Source of the DNA: Lytechinus pictus
Lineage: Eukaryota
Reading direction: 5' to 3'
Assembly (NCBI RefSeq): GCF_037042905.1
Contig: NC_087257.1
Span: 3,410,001-3,474,000 of the forward strand
Length of the DNA: 64,000 nucleotides
Shown: one piece after another, positions 24,405-35,710 of the stretch
Layout: every line of letters begins with the position of its first letter
Numbering within the stretch: the first letter of the stretch is position 1
Program-made: the position numbers and the translations under genes
The notes under the pieces: model-generated
Databases searched by the model: none
What the model saw: only the letters and a program-made list of their open reading frames with translations
What the model was told of the DNA's origin: nothing

Positions 24405-25007
24405 TGAAAGGACAAGTCCTCCCCAACAAAAAATTGATTTGAATAAATAGAGAAAAATCAAACGAGCATAACACTGAAAATTTCATCAAAATCGGATGTA
24501 AAATAAGAAAGGTATGACACTTTAAAGTTTTGCTTAATTTCACAATATTCACATCCTTGTCGGTATGCAAATGAGGAGACTGATGACGTCATCCACTCAC
24601 TATTTCTTTTGTATTTTATTATATGAAATATGAAATATTAAAATTTTCTTCCTTTTGTCCTGCGAAACAACGATTAATTCCTCCCTGAACATGTGGAATT
24701 AGCATTGTTTAATACTATAGGGTTCAATCAAGTTGGTCCTTATTGTCAAATCTGTAAAAAATGAAATATTGTATAATTCAAACAATAAAAATACAAAAGA
24801 AATAGTGAGTGAGGGCCATCATCAACTGTCTCATTTGCATGTCACCGAGTTGTGCATATCAATGTTTTGTGAAAAATAAGCGAAACTTTAAAATGTCATA
24901 ACTTTCTTATTTTACATCCGATTTTGATGAAATTTTCAGTGTTATGCTCGTTTGATTTTTCTCTATTTATTCAAATCTCCATTTTCTGGGGTGGATTTGA
25001 CCTTTAA
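24405..25007. mobile_element. Long-TIR MITE, family K2 copy 2
   Basis: Highly similar to 14145-14742; left TSD reads TGAA, right TTAA. Confidence 0.9.
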
Positions 25008-25779
25008 GGAATGCAAGGTCCCTATGATGCAGATTTAGGTCTTGAGGTGGCGCTGTTCAATGTGGCTCTGGCATAGCGGCTTTCGATGATTGTCTCTTTA
25101 AAATGAAACTAAACATTTGTTAATTAATACAAGACTTTTATGTACGAAAAAGCAAATAAGCTTCCATGACATTGCATTTCTTCCTCTGTCGGTAGGAGGA
25201 TAATCATTCCTTTTAGATGATACAATTATCTTGCTCAAATTTATTGAATGAAAAGTTAAATGAATTATTGAATATTTCAATTTGACTAAGTGCTGTTTGC
25301 TGATTAATAGCCATTAATGACATCTTTAATGTATCAAAAACCTAATATAATATACTCTCATTCAGTCCCACACCAGCGTTAGCGCGGTGTTTATGGTGAC
25401 ATTCATGGTGCCTGCTGGCGGGGAGGAACGCCATCCAAAGCAACAGTTTCACCCCAATATTGTGTTTAAATATTAAAAACTAATCTTATCAAGCTGGTGG
25501 CTCTTACTGGCGTGGAAGAGAAAATAGGCTGTAAATGTCACGGTCGATATCGTTGCCAGCGTATATTGAAGATGATGTGGTGTGTATAGGAGATATAGGG
25601 GGATAACTGCCTTTAGAAGCGATCATGTCTAGATCAGGCTTATCCTTTTTAACAGAGGCTCTTTGCATTCTCATATGCAAATATTGTCAAAGCTTAGAAG
25701 ATACACTTCATAAAATTGTCAAGGATATGTCATTGTTATTGATCTGATGATACTTGTAATGCATGTATGTGGACAGGTT

Positions 25780-26166
25780 GGTTTATTTCCAACTCGTCTA
25801 CTACCATTTGGTCCATCATCAGTTCGTCTTCTCACCACATGGTCTCCTTTCATTTAGACTAATGCCATTCCGTCTAATAGCCAGTTAGTCTACTAGCCAT
25901 TTAGTCTGTATACCATTGGGTCTAATTAAACTGAAGTGTTAATTGTGCAAAATGAATGAAAAGAAAATGGGTATTAGACCAACTGGTTATGAGACAAAAT
26001 GGTAATAGACAAAAGGGTGATTAGACAAAGTGATGATTGGACCAAATGGTTATTGGCCCAAATGGTTGTTAGACGAAATGTTGGTGGACGGAATGGCATT
26101 AGACTAAATGAAGGTAGACCATGAGGTGAGTGGACGAGTTGGCTGTGGACAAATTGGCAATTTACA
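25780..26166. mobile_element. Foldback element with tandem subrepeats of about 17 bp in both arms and a perfect 8-bp TSD
   Basis: GACAGGTT at 25772-25779 and 26167-26174. Left arm (ccatttggtcta..)n, right arm (tagaccaaatgg..)n. Confidence 0.85.
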
Positions 26167-26519
26167 GACAGGTTATTGTTGACTTGCAAGAGTTTATTGC
26201 ATTAACCTGTTGAATACTGAATTCTGTAATTCCCATAGGCTTTGTTGGTGCCACCCTGTCCCAGTAGGCAATGGGTTTCCCCTGATAATTGCAGAATTCT
26301 GTGATTCTCATGTACTGTAGAGTTTGTAGGCAGCAGTCAGTTTCAGGAGGAATTGGGTTAATATCAAAGGATACACATTCAAATCTATCAAGATTTAAAA
26401 ATCAGTAACCAGGATTCAACATGTTAAATCTAAAATTTGATTGGTCCCTTACAATAGCTGGTCTGAGTTATTCGTACACCATGCATTTTAGAATGTATCC
26501 TGCATGGTTGTAGTCTTGG

Positions 26520-26660
26520 CCATCCTGCAGTACAAGCATTTCAAAGAGGTACCCATTTACTACACCTGGGTTGAGTGCAGCACAATGGTGATGAATTTAT
26601 TGCTGAAGGCAATATCGCAACATGGATGTGATCCAAGCTCATGTTTAAGGAACATAAGTC
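26520..26660 (-). mobile_element. CORE-like tRNA-SINE fragment
   Basis: ggtacccatttactacacctgggttgagtgcagcacaatg shared with the 46291 and 56034 copies. Confidence 0.7.
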
Positions 26661-28404
26661 TTACAGAAATAGAGCCTGGTTATTTTTGTAATTGAGGTGT
26701 CGGCGAAGAAAATGAATTTCATAAATTGAAATGAATATTTGAACAAAAAAATCACATGCCACCTGCTTGCTTTTATTAGTTTCATGCCGTTGCAAAAGTA
26801 GGCGAAGCTGATCGTTCTCTTAAAAAGAGTTATTCCTATTAAATCTGTCGTTTGTGATTAATTTCTTTAGCATTGGGTGTTGTCTTTGTAATTATCATCT
26901 CAGTCAGATCTATTATTACATAGACAAGAGTAATGGTTTACTCTGCAAATCACCGATTGTAAGTAGTGTCCTTGTTTTGGTTTGTGGGGATTAAAACTTG
27001 TTTTAGGCAATCAGCCTTATCAGAATTTCATTGCAGCAGTTTTGCATCCAATATTGATGGCATTCGGTGCTATGGTGATTGTAGAACTTTGTTATGACAA
27101 TATTTACTTTGGTAATCACAATTAACATTCAGTCAAACATTCAGTCGGATATTAACTTTGACTTGTTTTCCATTTGGACAAATTGTTCATGTCGAAATGA
27201 ATTACAAATTACAGCTATTTTTTTTTATTTTGAAATATAGAATTAAATTTTATATTTATGAAATTTATATTAAAGCATACACATGTACCCAATACAGTCA
27301 ATTCTTCTTTAGCGACCACCTGTAGAGAAGGACAGTTTGTCTGTTTTTTGCTGTGCATACCCTTCACTTGAGTTAAGTGTCGACTTTTTTGCTGGGGAAA
27401 GTAATTGTAACACAGGAAGTATCTGGAAGAAAGATCACAATTTTGTATGGTGCTTCTGTGGTCATATGTATATATTCACTTTTTAGAAGCACTAAATCGG
27501 GATTTCCCAGTGCATTTTTTTTCTTCAGTGCTTCATATTTAGGACATGCCTAGGCGCAGTCACTGCTATCAGTTGAGAACTTACAGCTAAAATCTTTTCA
27601 CATCAATGCCAACTTAACCAATGTCTTAAAACAAAAGTGATTTGTTTTAAATGGAAAAGATGGTGTGGATTTTTTTATTCATGAATGCTGTATTATAAAC
27701 ATCCAAGATGGCAGCCCTGTTCTCCATCCATGTTCTTACAACCTAAAGGTCTTTGTACTTCTTCTTCTTTGGATGACCCATTATAACCAGATAATTGCAT
27801 GCTTCGAGAAATGCCAAAACTCATCTAACCGGTCCGCTCCATGCAGCCCCTTCACATTGCCCCTACTTCACCCTTCAGGCAAAAACTTGATGTGTCTTGT
27901 GATGGGTTTTGTGTTTAAATGCCATAGTGGCACAAGGATCCTCTGTTTGGCATGTCATCAATCTGTGTTTTGCCACCCTCCACCCAGGAGTTAAGTGGGT
28001 ATACCCAGTATCAATTAAGTCAGTGTTTGAGTTGAGTTTGTTAGTTTTGTTGGAATGATGATTTTAGGGGAACAAGCCAGTATCCAATGATACAGGTAAT
28101 GAAGGAAGAGTAAAACTTAAATGACTTAATTTGAAACTTCAAGGATTTCATTTGGATTTTTAAAATGTGATCAAAATACCTACATATGCAAGCAATCATT
28201 ACCAGGTAGCATAGCATTCCTTCTCTACTGGTTTACCAGTGTGAAGACACCCCAGACTCCATACTTTTAGCATTACATGACTCAAATAGTCAGTGATTTT
28301 CACTAACATCGTTATAAGCTTCTGAAATCCTTGCATCTGATTGGCTCAGAGCAAGTTTTTCAGTGAAATTCACTGGCAAGATGCTTCATGAAAGACCTCC
28401 CAAG

Positions 28405-29100
28405 TCTCTTTCTGGCCACGTGAACAGACCCCCATGTCAATCGAGACATTCTGATAGCAAATTTAAGATCCTGTTCACCGTCCATTCCTTGATCTTTGTC
28501 TTCATTCTAGAGCTTTTTCTTTTAACCCATTCATTCCTTGAACTCCTATATCTAGTAGCCTGACTTTCTTCCAAGTCAATGTTCTCCTGCATGGCTTTCA
28601 AATTCAGGCGCTGATTCATTGTTGCAGGTTTTGTCGGGATGGTTTCCCCCCTAATTTTTTTTCCCTTCAGTGACAAGTATTTATGACGTAAAATTCCCAC
28701 TTGATCTGCCATCACTTTGGCTTCTTTCCATTTGTCTTCAACCAGTTCGTCTACAGATGATGTGATGTATGCGCATATTTCAAAGCCACAGCCATTTTAT
28801 GGAATTCAGAAGAGTCAAGACCCATATGGACTACAAATAGATTGCCTAGTTTGTGAGGGATAGATTTTTCCATCAGATGATGTATTGCTTTATTAAAGTG
28901 TTCTTTGGTTTTGGTTTTACAACCAATTTTGATGCTAATGAGTTTGTTAAGGCCATTTTCAGCATGGATTGAGCTGAATTTATTAGTTTCCTTCCCACCA
29001 TGTTAAACTTCATAAGGAAATCGATTTTGTTCTCCGCTTCTAATACAATTAAATTTTGACCAATTATTGGAAAAGTCTCGTGGTTATGTATGTTTGTATT
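28405..29100 (-). pseudogene. Decayed RTE-clade LINE reverse transcriptase C-terminal fragment
   Basis: Minus strand shows frameshifted remnants in the expected order: YG.., FEICAY (AFEMWCYRR-like), W..DK, IKEWT. Confidence 0.45.
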
Positions 29101-31009
29101 TCAGTGGCATCAACCAAATTTTACCTGTAAATGAAAGAAATATAGTTCAGATTATTAATACTTGTGAATGTATCTGATGTAGGTAAAGAAGAACCTGACA
29201 TGCCAAGTCTCAAGTATTATGTGCGAGACTCCTGCATTTGGGACTTTTGCTCATCCCCTCATATCTCTTTCTAAGCCATGTAACATCAAAGCCTACCCTC
29301 ATAATAATCATATAGTGTGTACAATGCCTGTGATCTCATGCCGAGTCACAGAAAATCTCATGCATAGCTTGTCTCTGAACTTTGTATCTCTGAAGAACCG
29401 TAAATTTTGGTTCATTTATTATAAAACGAAATACAAATGGGTAGGTGATAGCATTATGAATACTTCTACATGAATTGGCTAAAACTGGAAATGTGTCACC
29501 TTTTTATGACTAATCCAGAACTGTACCTTGTCATTTTGGTTGTATACAAAGTCTTGCCACTCCTTAAGACACTTGTAATCTATTTCACATCCCTCTTCTG
29601 AACTTTTTTGCAAAGTTCAATGTTCTAAAGCTGCCATAATCAAGTTGTAGGAGCACAGCCAATCTAAATAATGAGAAATTGATTGAAATACCTGTTCAAA
29701 TTTATCCCCGACGTGTCGCTACTTACACGTGCGTGCTGCGTTGCACACTACCAGCGGATTGGGTACATGTGTTTTGGATATTGTTACGTTTGCTGGTAAA
29801 TTTATTCTTCTAGTAATTTATTGATTGGTGGAACATGATGAACACGATACATGTGCTGGTCGAACGCATTGAATGGAGTCTTGTTGTATTCTTTCCTGGC
29901 TCAAACTTGTCAGATCAAACAGGTTGTTTCGTTGGGCTTGTTGGTTGCCATGGGAATTGAGTTTGTTTCAGGCATTGTGCAAACAGGACTCTGGTAATTA
30001 ATCACACATCCTCACCCTCCGCTCAAGTAAGAGGTGCGCTGGGATGATATCCAGGAGGTTTTTAGTTTAAAAGCATATGGTTTGAAAGAGAGAAGGGGAG
30101 GGGTATGAAGTGAAGAAAAGAAAGAAAGAAAGAAAAAAAGAAAAAGAAAGAGAGGTTGGGGAGAGGGAGAGTTTGTACATTGGCATATGTTGACTATGTT
30201 ATGTTATAGCCCCCTCAGCATTTGAGAAACATATCATACAATCATACCCTTGCTACCAACGTTATCAGAATTTCATGGCTCATAATTATCTTTATTTCTG
30301 AAAGGAGCTAATGAATTCAAGTAGACTTTTTTTGGGGGGGGGAGGGGGGGGGGTCCCCACTGATGAAACCCTCCATTCCACTATGCCGATTTTTCTATGA
30401 TTTGGCAAACCTTCAGATCGGGCAGGTTTGGGGGGAAATGAAAATAAAAAAACATATTTTATTGTTCAAAATAGACATCGGAAATTAAATACTTTGCAAA
30501 TCTGTTATGCCCAATTGATCTGACGCTCTACCAACTGAGCCAACACACCGGTTATGAACCTTTTACCCATAGTCAGCAAAACATACTTTGCGGGAACAGA
30601 ATTAAGCTGGGGGTTACATTGTAATAACGTCCACGTGCTGCTGCCAGTTAGTGCGTCTGGAAAGACCAGGTTACACTCATCCCATCACTGCACGCTGTAC
30701 AGTTAACGCACTTCCCGCTTTCCTTACATTCAAAATGGGCGTTTTCTTATCGGCAAGATCGGCCTGAGAGTTTGAACATGTTCAAAATTACACGCCGATC
30801 ACTCCTATTGTGCCCTTTTTATTTATTATCCAGAGGAAGGGTTGCTGTTATCGGTTTTACTCTGATTAATTTTATTATTTATTTAATGTTTTCAAAGTAA
30901 TATTTTTTTTAAATTATCTTTTTGAAAGTTTGCTATTATCTGTCTTTATTATGATTAACTCTATTCTTGCATTGTTATTAAAATATTTTTCTTTTTGTAC
31001 CTTCTACAG

Positions 31010-31131
31010 GAACGTTTGCTGTTGTCGGTTTTACCGCGCCATGTTGCCATGGAGATGAAAGCTGACATAGCGAACAAGAGAGAAGACATTCAATTCCACA
31101 AGATTTACATTCAAAGGCATCAAGATGTCAG
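31010..31131 (+). CDS. ADCY5: Adenylyl cyclase type 5/6-like, internal coding exon (end of M1-C1 helical linker, start of C1a)
   Basis: Polypyrimidine tract + ctacAG acceptor (31008-31009) and AG|gtgaga donor. 122 nt, phase 0 to phase 2, translating [40 protein letters not shown](S). Closely matches the vertebrate ADCY5 segment as I recall it ([20 protein letters not shown]...FHKIYIQKHDNVS). The symbol denotes the ADCY5/6 group, not strict orthology. Confidence 0.96.
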
Positions 31132-33151
31132 GTGAGAGGATATGTTAATAGAGCAAGGAGGATGTTACCTGATATGCTTTGATGCATATTTAATGCCTTT
31201 CTGGTTCTGAGATATATTCTGTGCCATAGAAGATGGTCTATAGTGGGTACATAAGGAGAGCATGTTATCCTAGATCCTAGAGAATTCATCACTTAGCAGA
31301 CTTGTAGACTAGAGGAAGGAAGGTGGTTTACCACTGGCATATATACATACATTAGGGGTATTGAATCTCCCCTTCCCTCAGAATTTCTACAACCAAGAAA
31401 AAAGAGACAAGGAGAAAAGGAAAAAGTAAAACAGATGATAATATGATATTTAAAAAAGATATCATGTTGAAATCTATCAAAACAAATTATTTATAAAAGG
31501 TAAAATGACAAAATTGCTCGCTTCCTTTGCTAGCTCACAACTTTTCATGAACCTTTCCCCATCTGCTGTGTTTTGACCTCAAAATGGTTGGCTCGTAATG
31601 CCACTCTGCCGTATCATGTAAGTGTACTGAAGTTTCACCCTTACAGTTTATCTTTAAATAAGAAAAAAAAAGGTGTCAGGTATTTTGGGGCCAAAATGAC
31701 CTTTTGGCTGGCCAAAATCCCTGGTAATGGGTATAAGAGGACAAATTTACTTGAAGTTTTCCCGTTCATTTGTTCTCCAGAACTCTAATACCCTGTCACC
31801 TTGCCGTAAAAGAAGAGGAATGCGTTAATGACGGAAATGAGAGCACACATTTTATTGATCGCAAATAGAGCTCTCAAGTGGATATATTTGCATGGACTCA
31901 TTTTCCCCTCCCTTTCTGTGCTTTGTAGCATGTATGGCTTCGGTTCAACGTGAAAACCCTGATATAAAATATTCAGACTCTTTCCTCCTTATAGTGGCTC
32001 TTTTTATAGAAGCATTTCTGGACTTTCAGACACACTGTTTTGTGGCAATACTGAAACAGTCAATGCTGTATTATTATTATGATGATGATGATGATATAAT
32101 TATTATTATTATTGTCATCATTAATACTATTTTTATACTGTCCTCATCACACATTTTCTCACTTTTCAACAAAAAATTCACATAGACTGAGGTATTTGTT
32201 CTTAAAGTGATTTTACTATATATCAGCCATGGCCTGGTGATACATGTAGAACCATTCACCGGCAACCAATAGATGAGATTGTGAGGTTCAAATCCCGCCG
32301 ATTCCAATATTTTTTTCCTGTTTGAATATGTGATCTTATTAACTTGGTGCAGGCCGGAAAAAAAATATTTACAATATAAACACTCAATTCAAGTTTAGAG
32401 GTAAGCAGATTAATAGTAGGCCTATAGATATGTGGACTGCTATGTGAGGCATGGTTGTTTCTAGAGGCTCAAGAAGACCACAACGCGAATATGCCCATGG
32501 TCTAACCGGTGCGGTACCTTCATAAAAAATCAAAGCAGTTCATATGTTTTGTGAACTGAATTAATAATCTAGACCAAGTCTCTAAAATAGTCTGTTAACA
32601 AAAATGACTTGCCATTGCATGATTGCAAGTTCCTTGCAAAACCCCCTAAGTCTAATTCTCCAAAATAGTGGGCATAAGATCTTTCTTCGTAGGATTAAAT
32701 GGAACAGCTAACATTAGATCTAAATAGCATTGAAGTTAGCTGTTAGGCTAATTTAGTCCTAACGTAATGTTTGTAATGTTAACATTTGATAGATCATCAA
32801 CGGTACATCTAAAGGTTAGACTCTAAAGTGCAGACAAACTTAGTAAGGCCTTATCTTTTCCAAGTCAGTATTGTAATATCAAACAAGGCTTGATGATTTT
32901 GATGCATCCACAAGCTCCCTTAGAGTTCAGATTGTTTCCAATAATGATTTTATTTTTGAAGAATGTGCAATGAAATGTTTGGGGTAGAAGAAGCAGAAGT
33001 CAAGAATCCATATCGTTCCATTGGTATGTCCGTTACGTGCACACATGCAATAAGCACGTAAATGCGGGAGTTGTCTACAATTTTGAATTAAATTGCGCTG
33101 ATAATTACGGTAAAAGCAACATTTTGCAAGCAATCAAATGGGGATCTCAGC

Positions 33152-33264
33152 CAGTGGTGGACCTCGGCCCGGAGGAGACGATGATTGGAGGGGCACTGTA
33201 TTGTTTGTGAACAATGCTGTGCCCCTCCAATGCTTTGTCTCCTCCGGGTCACGGTCCGCCACTG
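33152..33264. mobile_element. 113-bp fully palindromic hAT-type MITE
   Basis: CAGTGG...CCACTG termini; perfect 8-bp TSD ATCTCAGC at 33144-33151 and 33265-33272. Confidence 0.9.
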
Positions 33265-33356
33265 ATCTCAGCCAAATTTAACTATGCCCATGGCTAAGGG
33301 GCAGAAATCTTCATTGTTATAACTATGCCTATTGCCCTCGATTGGTAACCAACTTA

Positions 33357-34188
33357 GGCCGTGTTTATGCTTCCACTTTTTAGGCCAGAATCAGCGTTTC
33401 CAAATGTGATTAGTCCAAAATATGATTGCGTCCATGCTTACTTTCATTTAAACGCTGTTTCAAAACGCCAATTGTAAACTCACAAAACGTTGTTTGACCA
33501 GAATCAGGCTTTCTGGGGAAGTATAAACAGAACCACAATGGTAAACGTGTTTAAATGATGTCATTTGGTACATGCTTCTGGTGAGATGAAAATCCGCGGG
33601 CAAATACAGTCACATTGCTCCATGGTCGCATGTTACCTCCACGGAATTACCTCTCATCTCCCTTGTTTTGCATGTGTAGTACTATTACTAGTATTACTCT
33701 TCCAATTTGTCATCACGATGAGCGTTGAGGGATTTACACCAAAAACCCGGAACATGAGTTATAATGAGGAGACATCGCCAGATGTTCCAGTAGCATAAAC
33801 AAATTGATTTTTATTAATTTGTATACTTAATATTCTTTATTTTTTCTTACTATTATCCTCACCATGGTGGAAATTATATGGCTATATCAAGAAGCTCCAT
33901 GCAATGACTAAAATATCGGAAATTGTTCGATGTTTAAATAACAGTCGACGTACCTTTCCCATAACAACACTCAGAAAAAAAATTTCGAAAAAGGGCGCGC
34001 CCAATTTGACCTCGCTTTCCTGCTCAACGAAAATTACGATACAAAGGTTAAGCCAGCTGGAGATCGTGATTTCGCCTCTGAAAAGTTAAGCATAAACAGC
34101 ACTCCCAGAACCACGTTTACGATCGGCGTTTTGAATCGACGTTTGAAAACGCTGATTCTGTCCTCGCAATGGAAGCATAAACACACCC
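33357..34188. mobile_element. Harbinger-like non-autonomous DNA transposon
   Basis: TTA TSD; GGCCGTGTTTATGCTTCCA..CAGAATCAGCGTTT / AAACGCTGATTCTG..TGGAAGCATAAACACACC. Confidence 0.85.
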
Positions 34189-35271
34189 TTAGTTTTTTTT
34201 TGGTGTGCACGATCAACTAAATGACCCCACAATTGACTAATCAGACGAACAGATTATTTGACATTCTTAAAGAGAGGTTTATAAACAAATCTAGAATAAA
34301 AATTAGGAAGGCAATAGCCAAACCAGAAGCAAACCTTGTGATATCTAAAGCATATACTATAAATATCACATGAAAAGAACACAAAACATGTAAGATTAAA
34401 CATGAGATACTAACCTAATAATTAGACGTGAGAGAGAGAGCGAGGAGAGATTGAAAAGAAATACCGTGATATGGAATCTTTATTTATATAATAACACTGT
34501 TTTTATTTTTTAACAATTGAATAATCTGCACTTGAAAAGAAAAACACAAGTATTGAATTATATTTGTGGCCTGGGAAACTCTAACAAAAACACTCATGTT
34601 ACTTTTTCCATTTAAACCTGTTTTCTTTCATTTTTCCAATTTATGTCTGAAGTTTAGATTTCATAACCAGGAAGAAATTACAGCCCTCATGTGGTATAAA
34701 TTTCTCAAAGGGTGAAAAAATATATTACAATGATCTTCACCTTCGCAAATTCTCGCTATCAAATAGAATTAACAAGCGTAACGCTATATCTATAAGATTT
34801 GAATTATTAATGACACCTTTACCTGCAATTGAACTCGTAACCCTAGAAACTCTTATTCTTTTTAGGTGTACTTTACTTTAACCTAGTGAAACATATACTT
34901 ATTGTTGTACACTACTGTTTTCCAGTTTATTTACGCCTTGATATTGTTTGATTTAATTTGAAAATTCTGAAGCCAAAATATGTTGGTGTTTGTTTTTGGA
35001 AGAACATGACACTGTAAAAGATTTGTAATTGAATGAGTTTGCTTTGAAAACACCTGTAAGAACAAGCAAGAGTTTATGCACTAATGCCAACCCTGCTGTA
35101 AATAACACAGTGTCACACAGAGTGAACACAGGGTGTTCACATGGTGAAACTATTTTATGGAAAAGTTATTCGCACTATTAAATTGCTCAAATTTAACAGA
35201 GTGAATATGTTTTCACACTGTGGACACCTTGACAATGTGACTGTTCACAGCGTGTTCACATGTTCAACATT

Positions 35272-35710
35272 TACCGTGTTTACACTTGATCGGCTTTTGG
35301 TTCAGAACCAAAAGCCGATGCAGAATCGGCTTTTGGTTTGCGTTTACACGTTGTTACAGCTCGCGGTTCAGAACCGCGGGCCGATGCAAAAACCTGAAAT
35401 GATACGCACACCAACAATATACGTCATAATAAAGACAACGCTGGATCAGTGCGCTTACAATTACATCACAATGGTAAAGTAAATGAAATGCACACAAATT
35501 GCCGATGCAGAATCGGCTTTCTGTTTACACGTAGTAAAAAAGCCGATTCTGCATCGGCTCGCGGTTCAGAACCTACTACTTTGGTGGTGCAAATTGCTGG
35601 TTCTGAACTGCGAGCCGATGCAAGTTACTCGCGTTTACACGCTATGAAAAAGCCGATGCTGCATCAGCTCGCGGTTCAGAACCGCGAGCCGATTAAGTGT
35701 AAACACGGTA
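35272..35710. mobile_element. Foldback MITE with nested internal palindromes, inserted in an older CACTG-ended element (about 35010-35814)
   Basis: TACCGTGTTTACACTT/AAGTGTAAACACGGTA ends; repeated hairpin unit ..GGTTCAGAACC..; the host shows cactgtaaaa...tttccagtg and repeated aaatttaacag. Confidence 0.8.

Noticed and set aside
30517-30552. tRNA fragment on the minus strand
   Set aside because: Only an A-box-containing head (tggctcagttggtagagcgtc); most likely a SINE remnant.
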